A stretch of DNA of 42,589 nucleotides from an uncultured Candidatus Saccharibacteria bacterium (GCA_964620475.1 CAZUJN010000002.1:33185-75773), one strand, 5' to 3'. Positions 1 to 9,517 are shown, counted from the first letter of the stretch. The notes: generated by a model from the sequence alone, not told the origin. Made by a program: numbers and translations.

Positions 1-506
1 AGTATCTCTTCTGTCATCTCATTTGTAACAACATTACCAGCAATGATTATATGTTGTGGACATAATTTTCTAACAAGCTTAATGGTGTCCAAAAATCTTT
101 CAAGATAACCATTTGGCACATCGATACAAATAAAAGAAAAATTATCAAGAAGTTTCTTAGCTTTCATTTGCTTTAACTTCTTGATATCTTCATCTCTTAT
201 GCCTAATGTATAACAAACATAATCTGGTTTTTTGAATTTTTTAAAAAATTTTTCAAAATCTTGAATTGTATAATATTTATGAAATGTGGTAATGATTTTA
301 TGTTTAGACAAAGTTTCTGCCATAGAGAAAGTACCACATGAAGCCATGTTCGCAGTCATGATAGGTACACCTGTCCAAGTTTTCGGAGAGTGTAAAAAAG
401 TAAATGTTCTTTCTAATGAAATATCTTTTCTTGAAGTTAATGTACTTCTTTTAGGTCTAAGTAATACATCATCATAATCAAGTTTTATATCATTATCTAT
501 ACGCAT
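1..506 (-). CDS. guaC: GMP reductase (partial, runs off the window start)
   Basis: Not in the ORF track. Manual translation from ATG at 506 gives MRIDNDIKLDYDDVLLRPKRSTLTSRKDISLERTFTFLHSPKTWTGVPIMTANM...FICIDVPNGYLERF...IIAGNVVTNEMTEE, closely matching E. coli-type GuaC motifs. Confidence 0.93.
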   Translation of the reverse strand, partial: MRIDNDIKLDYDDVLLRPKRSTLTSRKDISLERTFTFLHSPKTWTGVPIMTANMASCGTFSMAETLSKHKIITTFHKYYTIQDFEKFFKKFKKPDYVCYTLGIRDEDIKKLKQMKAKKLLDNFSFICIDVPNGYLERFLDTIKLVRKLCPQHIIIAGNVVTNEMTEEI

Positions 507-531
507 ACATTTATTATATGCCCGTGTCTAC

Positions 532-1089
532 TTAATAGAAAAGGTTAACATATTCAATAATGTATTTTATATTTGGTGAAGGACTATTTATCCAAATAAG
601 TGGGATTTTATCTTTATTTTTACTATTTTCAATCTTATATTCTATCCACTTTATCACCTCTTGTTTATCTATATCTTCTTTAGAAGCTAAATCAGGTTCT
701 TTGATTTTTGTTTTTTTATTAGCCTCTTCTTCATTTTCTTCTATAACTCTTGACAATATAGTTGACAATAATTTTATATTATTATTTGTATATAAAATAA
801 TGCAATTTTCTTTATCTATATCTTCCAAAATTTTCAATAAAGAATTTTGAGCTTGTATAGAGATATCATCAAATATTAAAATTCCTAATTTTTTAAAATC
901 CGAATTTAACTCTTGAGATTGTTTTTGAAAATATTCTTGAAAATTTCTTATACTATCAACTGACAAACTCTTATCACTTAATATAAAAATATCTGAATTA
1001 TTTTCAAAATTATCATTTACAAAAGATAATCTTGCATCAATATTCTTATTAGTCTTTATTAAAACAGCTTCACCTTTTAATATTTTCAT
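532..1089 (-). CDS. holB: Short DNA polymerase III delta-prime-like clamp-loader subunit
   Basis: AQNSLLKILED...IILYT...LLSTILSR matches the HolB/DnaX core. At 185 aa it is truncated and has no Walker A. Confidence 0.65.
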   Translation of the reverse strand: MKILKGEAVLIKTNKNIDARLSFVNDNFENNSDIFILSDKSLSVDSIRNFQEYFQKQSQELNSDFKKLGILIFDDISIQAQNSLLKILEDIDKENCIILYTNNNIKLLSTILSRVIEENEEEANKKTKIKEPDLASKEDIDKQEVIKWIEYKIENSKNKDKIPLIWINSPSPNIKYIIEYVNLFY

Positions 1090-1097
1090 AATTAAAA

Positions 1098-2111
1098 TTA
1101 TCTCTTAGTTACTATAGCTTTTTTATACGCATTTAAGTGATCAAGAGCTATACCTGTTCCCTTTGCCACACAATAAAGTGCATCATTAGCAACATGAGCC
1201 TTTACACCAGTACGACGGAAAACCAATTCATCCAAATTACGAAGCAATGACGAACCACCTGTCATAGTAATACCCTGATCTATAATATCAGATGCAAGTT
1301 CCGGAGGCGTCTCTTGTAATACATCTTTGATCGCTTTGATCATATCACGAAGCTCTTTTGATATAGCTTTAACTATTTCATTTGTTTTCAGCTCTATTGA
1401 CCTTGGCAGTCCGGTTATATAATCACGACCTTTTACAGAAACAGATAATTCTTCTTCAACCGCTACAGCTGAACCTATCTTAATCTTTATATCTTCAGCA
1501 GTTTTTTCACCTATAGCTAGGTTATAATTTTTCTTTACATAATCAACTATAGCACCATCTATACGAGTACCAGCACATTTTACAGATGAACAAACTACTA
1601 TACCTCCAAGTGATATAACAGCCACATCAGTGGTACCACCACCTATATCTACAATCATGTTTCCACATGGATCTTGTATAGATATACCGGCACCTATAGC
1701 GGCCAATATAGGTTCTTTAACAACATATGCATTTTTAGCTCCAGCACGTATAGCGGCTTCTATAACAGCACGTCTTTCTGTTGAAGTAACACCGGCTGGA
1801 ACAGATATCATGACTTCAGGAGCGATAAGATTCCATTTTCCTAAAGCTTTATGTATAAAATATCGAAGCATCGCTTCTGTTACTCTATAGTCAGCAATAA
1901 CACCATCACGCATAGGACGATATGCGATGATAGAATCTGGAGTTTTTCCAATCATTTCTTTTGCTTCTATACCAACAGCTAAGATCTGATTATCACCTTC
2001 TGATACAGCCACAACAGATGGTTCATTTAATACTATACCCTTACCTGGTAAAAACACTAAAGTGTTAGCGGTTCCCAAATCTATACCGAGTTTTTTTGAA
2101 AATAAAGACAT
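1098..2111 (-). CDS. mreB: Rod shape-determining actin homolog MreB
   Basis: GIDLGTANT, EPSVVA, VDIGGGTTDVA and TGGSSLL motifs. Confidence 0.97.
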   Translation of the reverse strand: MSLFSKKLGIDLGTANTLVFLPGKGIVLNEPSVVAVSEGDNQILAVGIEAKEMIGKTPDSIIAYRPMRDGVIADYRVTEAMLRYFIHKALGKWNLIAPEVMISVPAGVTSTERRAVIEAAIRAGAKNAYVVKEPILAAIGAGISIQDPCGNMIVDIGGGTTDVAVISLGGIVVCSSVKCAGTRIDGAIVDYVKKNYNLAIGEKTAEDIKIKIGSAVAVEEELSVSVKGRDYITGLPRSIELKTNEIVKAISKELRDMIKAIKDVLQETPPELASDIIDQGITMTGGSSLLRNLDELVFRRTGVKAHVANDALYCVAKGTGIALDHLNAYKKAIVTKR

Positions 2112-2176
2112 TTTTAAAAATATGTTATATAATTATGATTATTAATATAATATAGCATAAAATACATAAAAAATAT

Positions 2177-2485
2177 ATGAAAAATATAGCCCAAGAATTC
2201 AAGACTTTTATCATGAGAGGCAATGTTATGGACTTAGCGATAGGTATAGTTATAGGTACAGCATTTACTAAGATAGTCACTTCTCTAGTTGATGACATCA
2301 TAATGCCGGTTTTAGGATTATTTAAGAAAGTTGATTTATCACATGTTATGTTCGGTCAAATTAAAATTGGCATGTTTTTAAATAACATCATAAACTTCTT
2401 AATAGTTTCCTTTGCAGTTTTCGCAATGATAAAAGTATTAAATAGATTATCTAAAAGACAAATAGTAAATCCTGAAGTTAAGTAG
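2177..2485 (+). CDS. mscL: Large-conductance mechanosensitive channel
   Basis: [24 protein letters not shown]...[12 protein letters not shown]...[13 protein letters not shown]. Confidence 0.96.
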   Translation: MKNIAQEFKTFIMRGNVMDLAIGIVIGTAFTKIVTSLVDDIIMPVLGLFKKVDLSHVMFGQIKIGMFLNNIINFLIVSFAVFAMIKVLNRLSKRQIVNPEVK

Positions 2486-2487
2486 TA

Positions 2488-3819
2488 TTATTTGACTTGT
2501 ATAAATTTTCTCAAACTCAAAACATAGACAACACAAGATATCCAAGCACCAACAGTAAACGCTTTCGCAATATCTATGGCTGTTTTGTTTGATATATATG
2601 CTAAAAATATAACAAAGGCTGTTCCGACTATACTCAATATAGCTGGTCTAATATTATCACCACGAGCATAATACACTCTTATGATTAATAACTCTATACA
2701 TTGAGGTATTAATGAGAGTGCAAATATTCCAAAAGCTGTCGCTATAACTTTATAAGTTGATATATCACCTAATAATATCAAGACTATATAATCCTTTAAT
2801 AACCAAATGGCTATAGTTGCCAAACCACAATATAGAGTAATTTTTCCCGCAGTATATTTAAATAAATTCCAAAAAGCCTTTTCATCACCTTCTGCATATT
2901 TCTTACTAAAACCAGGAAAAGCTGCTACCACGAAAGATACACCAATAAGCGCCAGAGGTACACCTTGCAAGTTGTTAGCAAAATTTAATATTGATGTATT
3001 TCCTGGAGCAGAATGAGAGGAAAAACTGTTTAAAAATAAAAATTGTATTTGTAACATTGATAATATAAAAGCTCTTGGTAAAGAAGTTAATATAACTTCC
3101 TTAATTATAGACAAATCACTTTTCTTTATCCTTATAAATCTTGGTAAGAAATTGTGGCTTTTAACAAAAGGTATCTGTATAAAACCATGCAATAAACTTC
3201 CTATAACTATACCGTAAACAACACCTTTTATACCAAAAAATGGATATAAGAAAATAAGACCTAATACAGTCGCTAAATTATATACCACAGGAGAAAGAGA
3301 ATATAATAAAAATCTTTCTCTCATTTGAACATATGATCCTAGCAAATTGGATATACCAAGGAAAAGTGGTTGTAATAATAATAATCTGGAATATAAGATA
3401 ATATTTTCAACAGCATTTAGATCTCTAACACCAGGAGCAACCAGATTTGATATTAAATATGGCATAAATATTATCAAAAATATAATCACTGTTATAGAAA
3501 ATAATAAGAATACGGAAAAAAGTATATTATATACTCTTCTCATATTTTCAGTGTCCTGCTCTTTATCATATCTAACAAGTAATGGTATTAAAACCGTCAC
3601 TGATACCAAAGATGTAAAAATGGCGAACATAATATCCGGTATCTTAAATGCATAATAATAACTATCCAATGTTAGACCTGTACCAACTTTATACGCAAAT
3701 AATCTATCCCTAACCAGAGACAATAATTGAGCCAAGAAAGTGAATCCAGCTATCATGAATGCGGTTTTTTGTAGAGATTTTGATTTCAACTTATTTTGTA
3801 TAAAGAGTTTTATATTCAT
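2488..3819 (-). CDS. murJ: Lipid II flippase MurJ/MviN
   Basis: LSLVRDRLFA, YYYAFKIPD and ANNLQGVPLALIG motifs, many TM segments. At 443 aa it is shorter than typical. Confidence 0.9.
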   Translation of the reverse strand: MNIKLFIQNKLKSKSLQKTAFMIAGFTFLAQLLSLVRDRLFAYKVGTGLTLDSYYYAFKIPDIMFAIFTSLVSVTVLIPLLVRYDKEQDTENMRRVYNILFSVFLLFSITVIIFLIIFMPYLISNLVAPGVRDLNAVENIILYSRLLLLQPLFLGISNLLGSYVQMRERFLLYSLSPVVYNLATVLGLIFLYPFFGIKGVVYGIVIGSLLHGFIQIPFVKSHNFLPRFIRIKKSDLSIIKEVILTSLPRAFILSMLQIQFLFLNSFSSHSAPGNTSILNFANNLQGVPLALIGVSFVVAAFPGFSKKYAEGDEKAFWNLFKYTAGKITLYCGLATIAIWLLKDYIVLILLGDISTYKVIATAFGIFALSLIPQCIELLIIRVYYARGDNIRPAILSIVGTAFVIFLAYISNKTAIDIAKAFTVGAWISCVVYVLSLRKFIQVK

Positions 3820-3855
3820 TTTATTTATTTTAACAGATTATATTTGACTATATAC

Positions 3856-3888
3856 TTGACAAAACAGCAAAAACAATATAAATATAAT
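3856..3888 (+). promoter_or_regulatory. Probable rnpB promoter
   Basis: TATAAT at 3883-3888 lies just before the P1 helix start. TTGACA at 3856-3861 has non-canonical spacing. Confidence 0.55.
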
Positions 3889-3892
3889 ATAT

Positions 3893-4261
3893 CCTCCAAA
3901 CAGATAATCGCTGTAATACTCAAATAGAAATATTAAGAATATTATAGAGGAAAGTCCGAACACTTGCCTGATGAAAATCAAGCAGACATGTAGAGGGTAA
4001 TACCCTTCTCTAGCAATAGAGAGATGCGAACAGTGACGTGTGTTTTTGAAAATTAACACAACCTACACAAGGTATGCTCGATATAGTGTTGAAATAGTAT
4101 CGAGATTGAAACGGCTAAATTCTTACATAAGTGCAAGGCCGTGTGCGCTATAAGCGTAAGTGCCGCTTGAGGTAAAGAGTAATCTTTATCCCAGATAAAT
4201 GATTATCGTTAATATTTGTCTCGATAAATATTAATACAGAATTCGGCTTACAGTTTGAAGG
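3893..4261 (+). ncRNA. rnpB: RNase P RNA
   Basis: Conserved GAGGAAAGTCC (CR-I), ACAGTGACG, TGAAACG, GCAAGGCC, AGATAAATG and ACAGAATTCGGCTTA (CR-V). P1 (CCTCCAAAC/GTTTGAAGG), P2 (GATAATCG/TGATTATC), P4, P8, P9, P18 and P19 can be paired by eye. Confidence 0.96.
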
Positions 4262-4272
4262 AAAATAAAAAT

Positions 4273-4297
4273 ACCGACCTACATGGTTGGTTTTTTT
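4273..4297 (+). terminator. Intrinsic terminator after rnpB
   Basis: ACCGACC-tacat-GGTTGGT followed by a T run. Confidence 0.7.
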
Positions 4298-4321
4298 ATT
4301 TTTGTGATAATATTATTATAT

Positions 4322-4813
4322 ATGCAAAAATTTATTTTATTTGTACTAGCTGTTGGTTTAGCCCTATTTTTATATTTACTAAAAACAGGATATATATCTA
4401 ATGAAGATTTCAATATTAAAAATTTTCAATCACAAACAAAATTTGAGATTAGAGATAATAAATCCAGCATAGATTCAAATACAAAGCGATCGGATATATA
4501 TGCAATTATAAAAAATAAAGAATTTAAAATTTTTACTTTTGATGGTGATGATTTTAATATTTTATATAAATATCAATATGTAGATAATAAATACAAAGTA
4601 CCTGTAGATGCATTAACAGCTACAACAGGGGTGTATATTGGAAATAGATATGTATTTTATATTATTGAAAAAAAGGATGATAATGGCAAAGTAGTACAAT
4701 ATGATATTTATAAGACAGAATATCCTACAGATGAACCTAGTAAGTTACAATACACAAAGATCAAATCCGTAGACGAATACGAATTTAGCGATAAAATAGA
4801 AGTTAAGTATTAG
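4322..4813 (+). CDS. Hypothetical protein with N-terminal signal/TM segment
   Basis: The ORF-track start at 4283 overlaps the terminator. MQKFILFVLAVGLALFLYLL from 4322 is a better start. No recognisable family. Confidence 0.7.
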   Translation: MQKFILFVLAVGLALFLYLLKTGYISNEDFNIKNFQSQTKFEIRDNKSSIDSNTKRSDIYAIIKNKEFKIFTFDGDDFNILYKYQYVDNKYKVPVDALTATTGVYIGNRYVFYIIEKKDDNGKVVQYDIYKTEYPTDEPSKLQYTKIKSVDEYEFSDKIEVKY

Positions 4814-5265
4814 AATAATACATCAACTGCATTTTTAACCACAACACCATCAGCCTTACCTTTAAGGTCTTTCATTATCTCTGACATTAATTTACCTTTA
4901 TCTTTGGCATCCACTATACCAAGTTCAGTTTTTTTTGCTTCTACATGTTTTTTTACATCTTCTTCAGACATCATTTGAGGAAGGAAAACTTCAAGATAAA
5001 CCAATTCATCTTTCTCATTTTGAGCAAGATCATCACGTCCTCCTGCTGTAAATTGTTCTATAGCATCTTTTCTCTGTTTTACCTGTCTTCTAATAACCGC
5101 AAGTGCTTCCTCATCTGTTAATTCACTTTGAGGTGTTCTTCCTTTGGCAACTAATTCATTTGTAAATGCAGAAGATAGTCCACGAAGAACTGTAAGTCTT
5201 ACAGCTTCTTTTTTTAACATTGCATCTTTGATTTGATTTTTTATTTGTTGTTGTAGAGTTTCCAT
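4810..5265 (-). CDS. yqeY: GatB/YqeY domain protein
   Basis: LQQQIKNQIKDAMLKKE...LRGL...RRQVKQRKDAIEQFTAGGRDDLA..EKDEL..LEVFLPQ...GKLM...LKGKADG. Start trimmed to 5265, with TATAAT 7 nt upstream. Confidence 0.92.
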   Translation of the reverse strand: METLQQQIKNQIKDAMLKKEAVRLTVLRGLSSAFTNELVAKGRTPQSELTDEEALAVIRRQVKQRKDAIEQFTAGGRDDLAQNEKDELVYLEVFLPQMMSEEDVKKHVEAKKTELGIVDAKDKGKLMSEIMKDLKGKADGVVVKNAVDVLF

Positions 5266-5314
5266 GTTCGTCATTATATATGAAATTGTGTTTTGTGGCG
5301 AGGATTGATCTTTA

Positions 5315-5343
5315 TTGACTATATCAGATTTTACTTGTATTAT
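5315..5343 (+). promoter_or_regulatory. Sigma70-type promoter of GC-rich unit 1
   Basis: TTGACT(5315-5320)-N17-TATTAT(5338-5343), ATG 9 nt downstream. Confidence 0.75.
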
Positions 5344-5352
5344 TGTTTGAGT

Positions 5353-5841
5353 ATGAAACTTCAATTCCTCAAGTTGCGTGGAGGTAAATTTGCAATTATT
5401 CCTCCTGACGAAATTCAACAAAATATCGTTCAGAGACGCAGATTTGGATTTTGGCCTCAAACCAAGGTCAAGCAGATTCAAATCAAGTACCACATCCTGG
5501 ATGGACATCTCATTGCGACATTTCACCGAATCGACAAATCAGTCACCTTTTTCAACAGACAGGCGGCTGAAAAATGGTTCGAGAAGAAGCTTGATGTATC
5601 GCCATTGGTCGGTAACAAGATCATCACCTCTGATGCCGAACTTCAAATGACATTCTCTTGCCCTCATTGCGGTACAATCAAGTCGCAAAAACGGCGCAGA
5701 TTCTTCCATGTGCCGGAAAAGGTTCTGGATCATAAGGCCGCCATTCCAGAAACGCAGATTCAAGGTGCGACTTGTAAATGCGGCAAGAATTGTCACCTGG
5801 ATGTTCATCAAATCGGGAACATTCATGTTCGAGTACGTTAA
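5353..5841 (+). CDS. Orphan basic protein with putative zinc ribbon (GC-rich unit 1)
   Basis: ORF lies between a promoter and a terminator. It has CPHC...CKC(xxx)CH and elevated GC with C/G-ending codons. Confidence 0.75.
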   Translation: MKLQFLKLRGGKFAIIPPDEIQQNIVQRRRFGFWPQTKVKQIQIKYHILDGHLIATFHRIDKSVTFFNRQAAEKWFEKKLDVSPLVGNKIITSDAELQMTFSCPHCGTIKSQKRRRFFHVPEKVLDHKAAIPETQIQGATCKCGKNCHLDVHQIGNIHVRVR

Positions 5842-5868
5842 CCCTCTCAACCACCCTCAACCCAAAAC

Positions 5869-5903
5869 GCGCGTATCCTTCACAGGACCGCGCATTTTTA
5901 TTT
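5869..5903 (+). terminator. Intrinsic terminator of unit 1 (probably bidirectional)
   Basis: GCGCG-ta-TCCT-tcac-AGGA-c-CGCGC then ATTTTTATTT. An A4 run precedes it, and the convergent GNAT gene stops at 5911. Confidence 0.75.
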
Positions 5904-5910
5904 ATAAAAT

Positions 5911-6387
5911 CTAATTTACAAAACCACCCCTCAATCTCATATCCATCAACACATGCTCTTGATTACTATAATAATCAGGAAGTATAGCTCTAATCTTAAA
6001 ACCTAACTCTTCATACATAGTTCTTGATTTCCAATGAGTTCCTGTCTCTAATTTTATAACATGACACTCTTTTTTCTTAGCATCTTCTATTATATATTTT
6101 ATAAGATCACAACCTATATCTTCTATATTGTCAGTTTGTTTAAACACTATAGAAACTATAGTTGCCACGCCCATATTTGTTTCTAAGACAGCATAACCTA
6201 TTATTTGATTATTTTTCTCTTCTCTAACAACATAAATAAATCTCTTTTGAGAATACAACCTGGTCACTTCACCAAAATGTTCTGTGTCTACCATATCCCA
6301 TTCAGTAGTTAGAAATTCATTTAATACTTCAGGGTTTTTTTGTAAATCAAATTCTTGTATTGTTACATCTATTAATTCTTTATCCAT
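5911..6387 (-). CDS. GNAT-family N-acetyltransferase (RimI-like)
   Basis: IIGYAVLE, IGCDLIKYIIEDAK, IKLETG..W.SRTMYEELGF and LPDYY match the GNAT fold. Confidence 0.85.
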   Translation of the reverse strand: MDKELIDVTIQEFDLQKNPEVLNEFLTTEWDMVDTEHFGEVTRLYSQKRFIYVVREEKNNQIIGYAVLETNMGVATIVSIVFKQTDNIEDIGCDLIKYIIEDAKKKECHVIKLETGTHWKSRTMYEELGFKIRAILPDYYSNQEHVLMDMRLRGGFVN

Positions 6388-6395
6388 AAAAATAA

Positions 6396-8801
6396 TTATA
6401 TAACAAAACTGATTATTTTACCTGGTATATATATTTCTTTTTTTATAACCTTCCCCTCTATATGATTTTTTACTTGTTTCTTAGCTTCTTCTAAAACTTT
6501 TTTATTATCCCAAGAATCATCTATCTCTAAAACACCACGGAGTTTTCCATTTACCTGTATACCTAATTTAGCCATATCTTTAACTATTTTCTTTTCGTCA
6601 TATTTAGGCCATGAAGATATGTTTATAGATTTTTTATTTCCAAACATTAACCAAATCTCGTCTGATATATGGGGAGCAAATGGTGCTAATATTTGTATGA
6701 AAGTCAGAAAATCTTTTTTATTAATATTTTCATCCAAATTATTCAATAAAATCATAAGTGATGATACAGCTGTATTAAATGCAAAATCATTTATATCATC
6801 TGTAACTTTCTTGATAGTTTTATGAATTTCAGAAACTATCTTTGAATCAGTTTTGATATTTTTATTCTTAATATTATTTTGTTTTACAACTTGAGCTAAA
6901 CGCCAAACCTTATCCAAAAATCTTCTAGTACCTATAAGACCTTCAGTTTGCCAAGGAAGTTGTGAATCAAATGGACCTAAGAACATTTCATACATACGAA
7001 AAGCATCGGCACCATAAGTATCTATACAGTCATCAGGATTAACAACATTACCCCATCTCTTACTCATCTTTTGATTATCTGATCCAAGTATCATACCTTG
7101 ATTTCTCAAAGCCTTAAAAGGTTCTTCTGTTTGAGCTATACCTATATCTTTTAAGAATTTATTCCAAAATCTAGAATATAAAAGATGTCCAGTTGCATGC
7201 TCAAGTCCACCTACATACATATCAACATTTTTCCAAATTTTAACAGCTTTTTCTCCTACAAGCGCTTTCTTATTGTCAACATCCATATATCTTAAATAAT
7301 ACCAAGATGATGCTGCCCATCCCGGCATAGTATTTGTCTCATACCCGGCCTTAACCCAAGATGAAACAGAAGCCAATGGTGATTCACCTGTGCCTGTTGG
7401 TTCATATGAAGATACTTTTGGCAAAGTTAAAGGTAAATCTTTATCAGATAAAGGTGTGATAATTCCGTCTTTATTGTATCTTAAAGGTATAGGTTCACCC
7501 CAATATCTTTGACGTGCAAAAACTGCATCACGCATTTTATACTTTGATATAGCTTTAGCATTCAATCTTTTAGCTACAATCTCGGCATCTTCCAACTTAG
7601 TGTCTTTTATGGCTATGTCATACATAGATGCAAAATCAGCATCTCTATCATCTTTATCTGGCACACCCATCACAGCACCGGTACCATAATCAGATAAAAC
7701 ATAATTGGTAACGTAAACAGGTATTTTGTGTTTATTATCTGGATGTATAGCATGAACATTTTCTAATAATATACCTTTTTTAATCTTTAGATCGGATTCT
7801 GACACTCCCCAAGTTTTTGTCTGCTGTGTTATATGTTTAAAAACATTAGGGTTTTTATTTATTAATTCATGATCTTTTGCTATAGCTAAAAAAGTTACGC
7901 CATGTAAAGTGTCTAATCTAGTGGTATATACCTTTATCCTATCTACTTCACCAACATCTTTATTTAGTGGAAAATCTAATTCATAACCATAACTCTTTCC
8001 TATCCAATTTCTCTGTATAGTCTTTACATGTTCTGACCAATCAAGCTCTTCTAATCCTGAAAGTAATCTATCGGCATAAGCTGTTATACGTAAAAACCAT
8101 TGACGCATCATTTTCTTTTCAACAGGAAAACCACCTCTTTCACTTTTTCCATCTATAACTTCATCATTTGCTAGTACCGTTCCAAGTGTGGGACACCAAT
8201 TTACCTCGGAATGACCTTCATAAGCCAATCTATATTTCATAAGATCGTCTTGTTTTTCTTTATCCGAAAGAGCGGACCAGGCTTTATCTTTTGACTTGAT
8301 AGCTATCAAATCCTCTATGGGTCTAGCTTTCTGTTTTTTCTCATCATAATAATGATTATATAATCTCAAAAATATCCATTGAGTCCATTTATAATAATCT
8401 TCATTTGTGGTGTTTATACGTCTAGACCAATCATATGACAAACCAATTATAGATAATTGTCTTTCAAAAGTTTTAACATTTATATCGACAGCTTTTTTGG
8501 GATGAACTTTATTTTGTATAGCATATTGTTCAGCAGGTAAACCAAAAGCATCATAGCCCATAGGATGTAAAACATTATATCCTTGCATACGCTTTAAGCG
8601 TGCATAAACATCAGAACCAACATATCCTCTAGGGTGACCAACATGAAGACCGGCTCCAGATGGATAAGGAAACATGTCTAAAACGTACATTTTGGGTTTC
8701 TTATTATCATTCTTAGTCTTATATATAGAATCTTTCTCCCATTTCTTCTGCCAGAAAGCATCTATTTTCTTATGATTGTAAAATTGATTGTCTGCTGTCA
8801 T
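6396..8801 (-). CDS. leuS: Leucine--tRNA ligase
   Basis: MFPYPSGAGLHVGH, RQRYWGEP, GGLEHATGHLLYSRFW and KMSKR motifs. Start trimmed to MTADNQFY at 8801. Confidence 0.97.
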   Translation of the reverse strand: MTADNQFYNHKKIDAFWQKKWEKDSIYKTKNDNKKPKMYVLDMFPYPSGAGLHVGHPRGYVGSDVYARLKRMQGYNVLHPMGYDAFGLPAEQYAIQNKVHPKKAVDINVKTFERQLSIIGLSYDWSRRINTTNEDYYKWTQWIFLRLYNHYYDEKKQKARPIEDLIAIKSKDKAWSALSDKEKQDDLMKYRLAYEGHSEVNWCPTLGTVLANDEVIDGKSERGGFPVEKKMMRQWFLRITAYADRLLSGLEELDWSEHVKTIQRNWIGKSYGYELDFPLNKDVGEVDRIKVYTTRLDTLHGVTFLAIAKDHELINKNPNVFKHITQQTKTWGVSESDLKIKKGILLENVHAIHPDNKHKIPVYVTNYVLSDYGTGAVMGVPDKDDRDADFASMYDIAIKDTKLEDAEIVAKRLNAKAISKYKMRDAVFARQRYWGEPIPLRYNKDGIITPLSDKDLPLTLPKVSSYEPTGTGESPLASVSSWVKAGYETNTMPGWAASSWYYLRYMDVDNKKALVGEKAVKIWKNVDMYVGGLEHATGHLLYSRFWNKFLKDIGIAQTEEPFKALRNQGMILGSDNQKMSKRWGNVVNPDDCIDTYGADAFRMYEMFLGPFDSQLPWQTEGLIGTRRFLDKVWRLAQVVKQNNIKNKNIKTDSKIVSEIHKTIKKVTDDINDFAFNTAVSSLMILLNNLDENINKKDFLTFIQILAPFAPHISDEIWLMFGNKKSINISSWPKYDEKKIVKDMAKLGIQVNGKLRGVLEIDDSWDNKKVLEEAKKQVKNHIEGKVIKKEIYIPGKIISFVI

Positions 8802-8841
8802 ATGTTGTAAATATAGCATAAATATGATAGAATTTGCGAAT

Positions 8842-9084
8842 ATGTCATTAAACGTATCAATTAAGAAAAACAACAACGAGTCACCTTCATCTGTGATCAA
8901 AAGATTCACTAAAAAAATGCAAGAGTGGGGTGGTTTAAATAAGGCTCGTAAAAAAAGATATGCAGAAAGAAAACTGTCATATTATAAGGTTAAAAAAGAA
9001 GCTTTGAAAAAAATTAAAAATAACGAAACAAGGCTTGCTGATATAAAAATGGGTAAATACTTTAATACAGCTAATAAAAAATAA
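8842..9084 (+). CDS. rpsU: Ribosomal protein bS21-like
   Basis: VSIKKNNNES.SSVIKRFTKKMQEWG.L..ARKKRY resembles bS21. Promoter TTGTAA-N17-TAGAAT at 8805-8833. Confidence 0.65.
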   Translation: MSLNVSIKKNNNESPSSVIKRFTKKMQEWGGLNKARKKRYAERKLSYYKVKKEALKKIKNNETRLADIKMGKYFNTANKK

Positions 9085-9097
9085 TACTTATAAATAT

Positions 9098-9517
9098 ATG
9101 AAATATATTATAGATACAGATAATCTATCAATCTCCTATAATATCAAGAAAGCACCAAAAATAGATGGTGTTTTTTTGCATAAAATCAAAAAAAATATAC
9201 TCGGTGATAAGTTTGAATTAAATATTTATTTTGTAGGTCAAAAAAAGATACGCGAGATCAACAAGAAATTTAGAAAAAAAGATTATGTGACAGATATATT
9301 GTCATTCCCTTTTTTGGAAGATAATTTTGGTGAAATATATATTTGTTTAGATAAAGTTAAACAAAAATCAAAGTCTTTTGACACTGATTCAGAAAATTAT
9401 CTAAATTATTTATTTGTTCACGGAATGATACATCTTAGAGGGTTAGATCATGGTGATATTATGGATAAATTGGAAAAAAAATACACAAAAAAACTTAACA
9501 TTTTCTATCCTTACTAG
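9098..9517 (+). CDS. ybeY: rRNA maturation endoribonuclease YbeY
   Basis: NKKFRKKDYVTDILSFP, GEIYI and HGMIHLRGLDH (H3xH5xH) motifs. Confidence 0.95.
   Translation: MKYIIDTDNLSISYNIKKAPKIDGVFLHKIKKNILGDKFELNIYFVGQKKIREINKKFRKKDYVTDILSFPFLEDNFGEIYICLDKVKQKSKSFDTDSENYLNYLFVHGMIHLRGLDHGDIMDKLEKKYTKKLNIFYPY

Noticed and set aside
286-477. 63-aa plus-strand ORF
   Set aside because: It is antisense to guaC, which is the real gene on the minus strand.
5275-5910. IS/transposon origin of the GC-rich units
   Set aside because: No transposase ORF, terminal inverted repeats or convincing target-site duplications were found at any unit boundary.
5378-5987. Stacked overlapping ORFs (5378+, 5539-, 5678-, 5708+, 5778+) and the 5526 extension of yqeY
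   Set aside because: These are expected shadow frames in GC-richer DNA with fewer stops. Only 5353-5841 matches the promoter/terminator frame.
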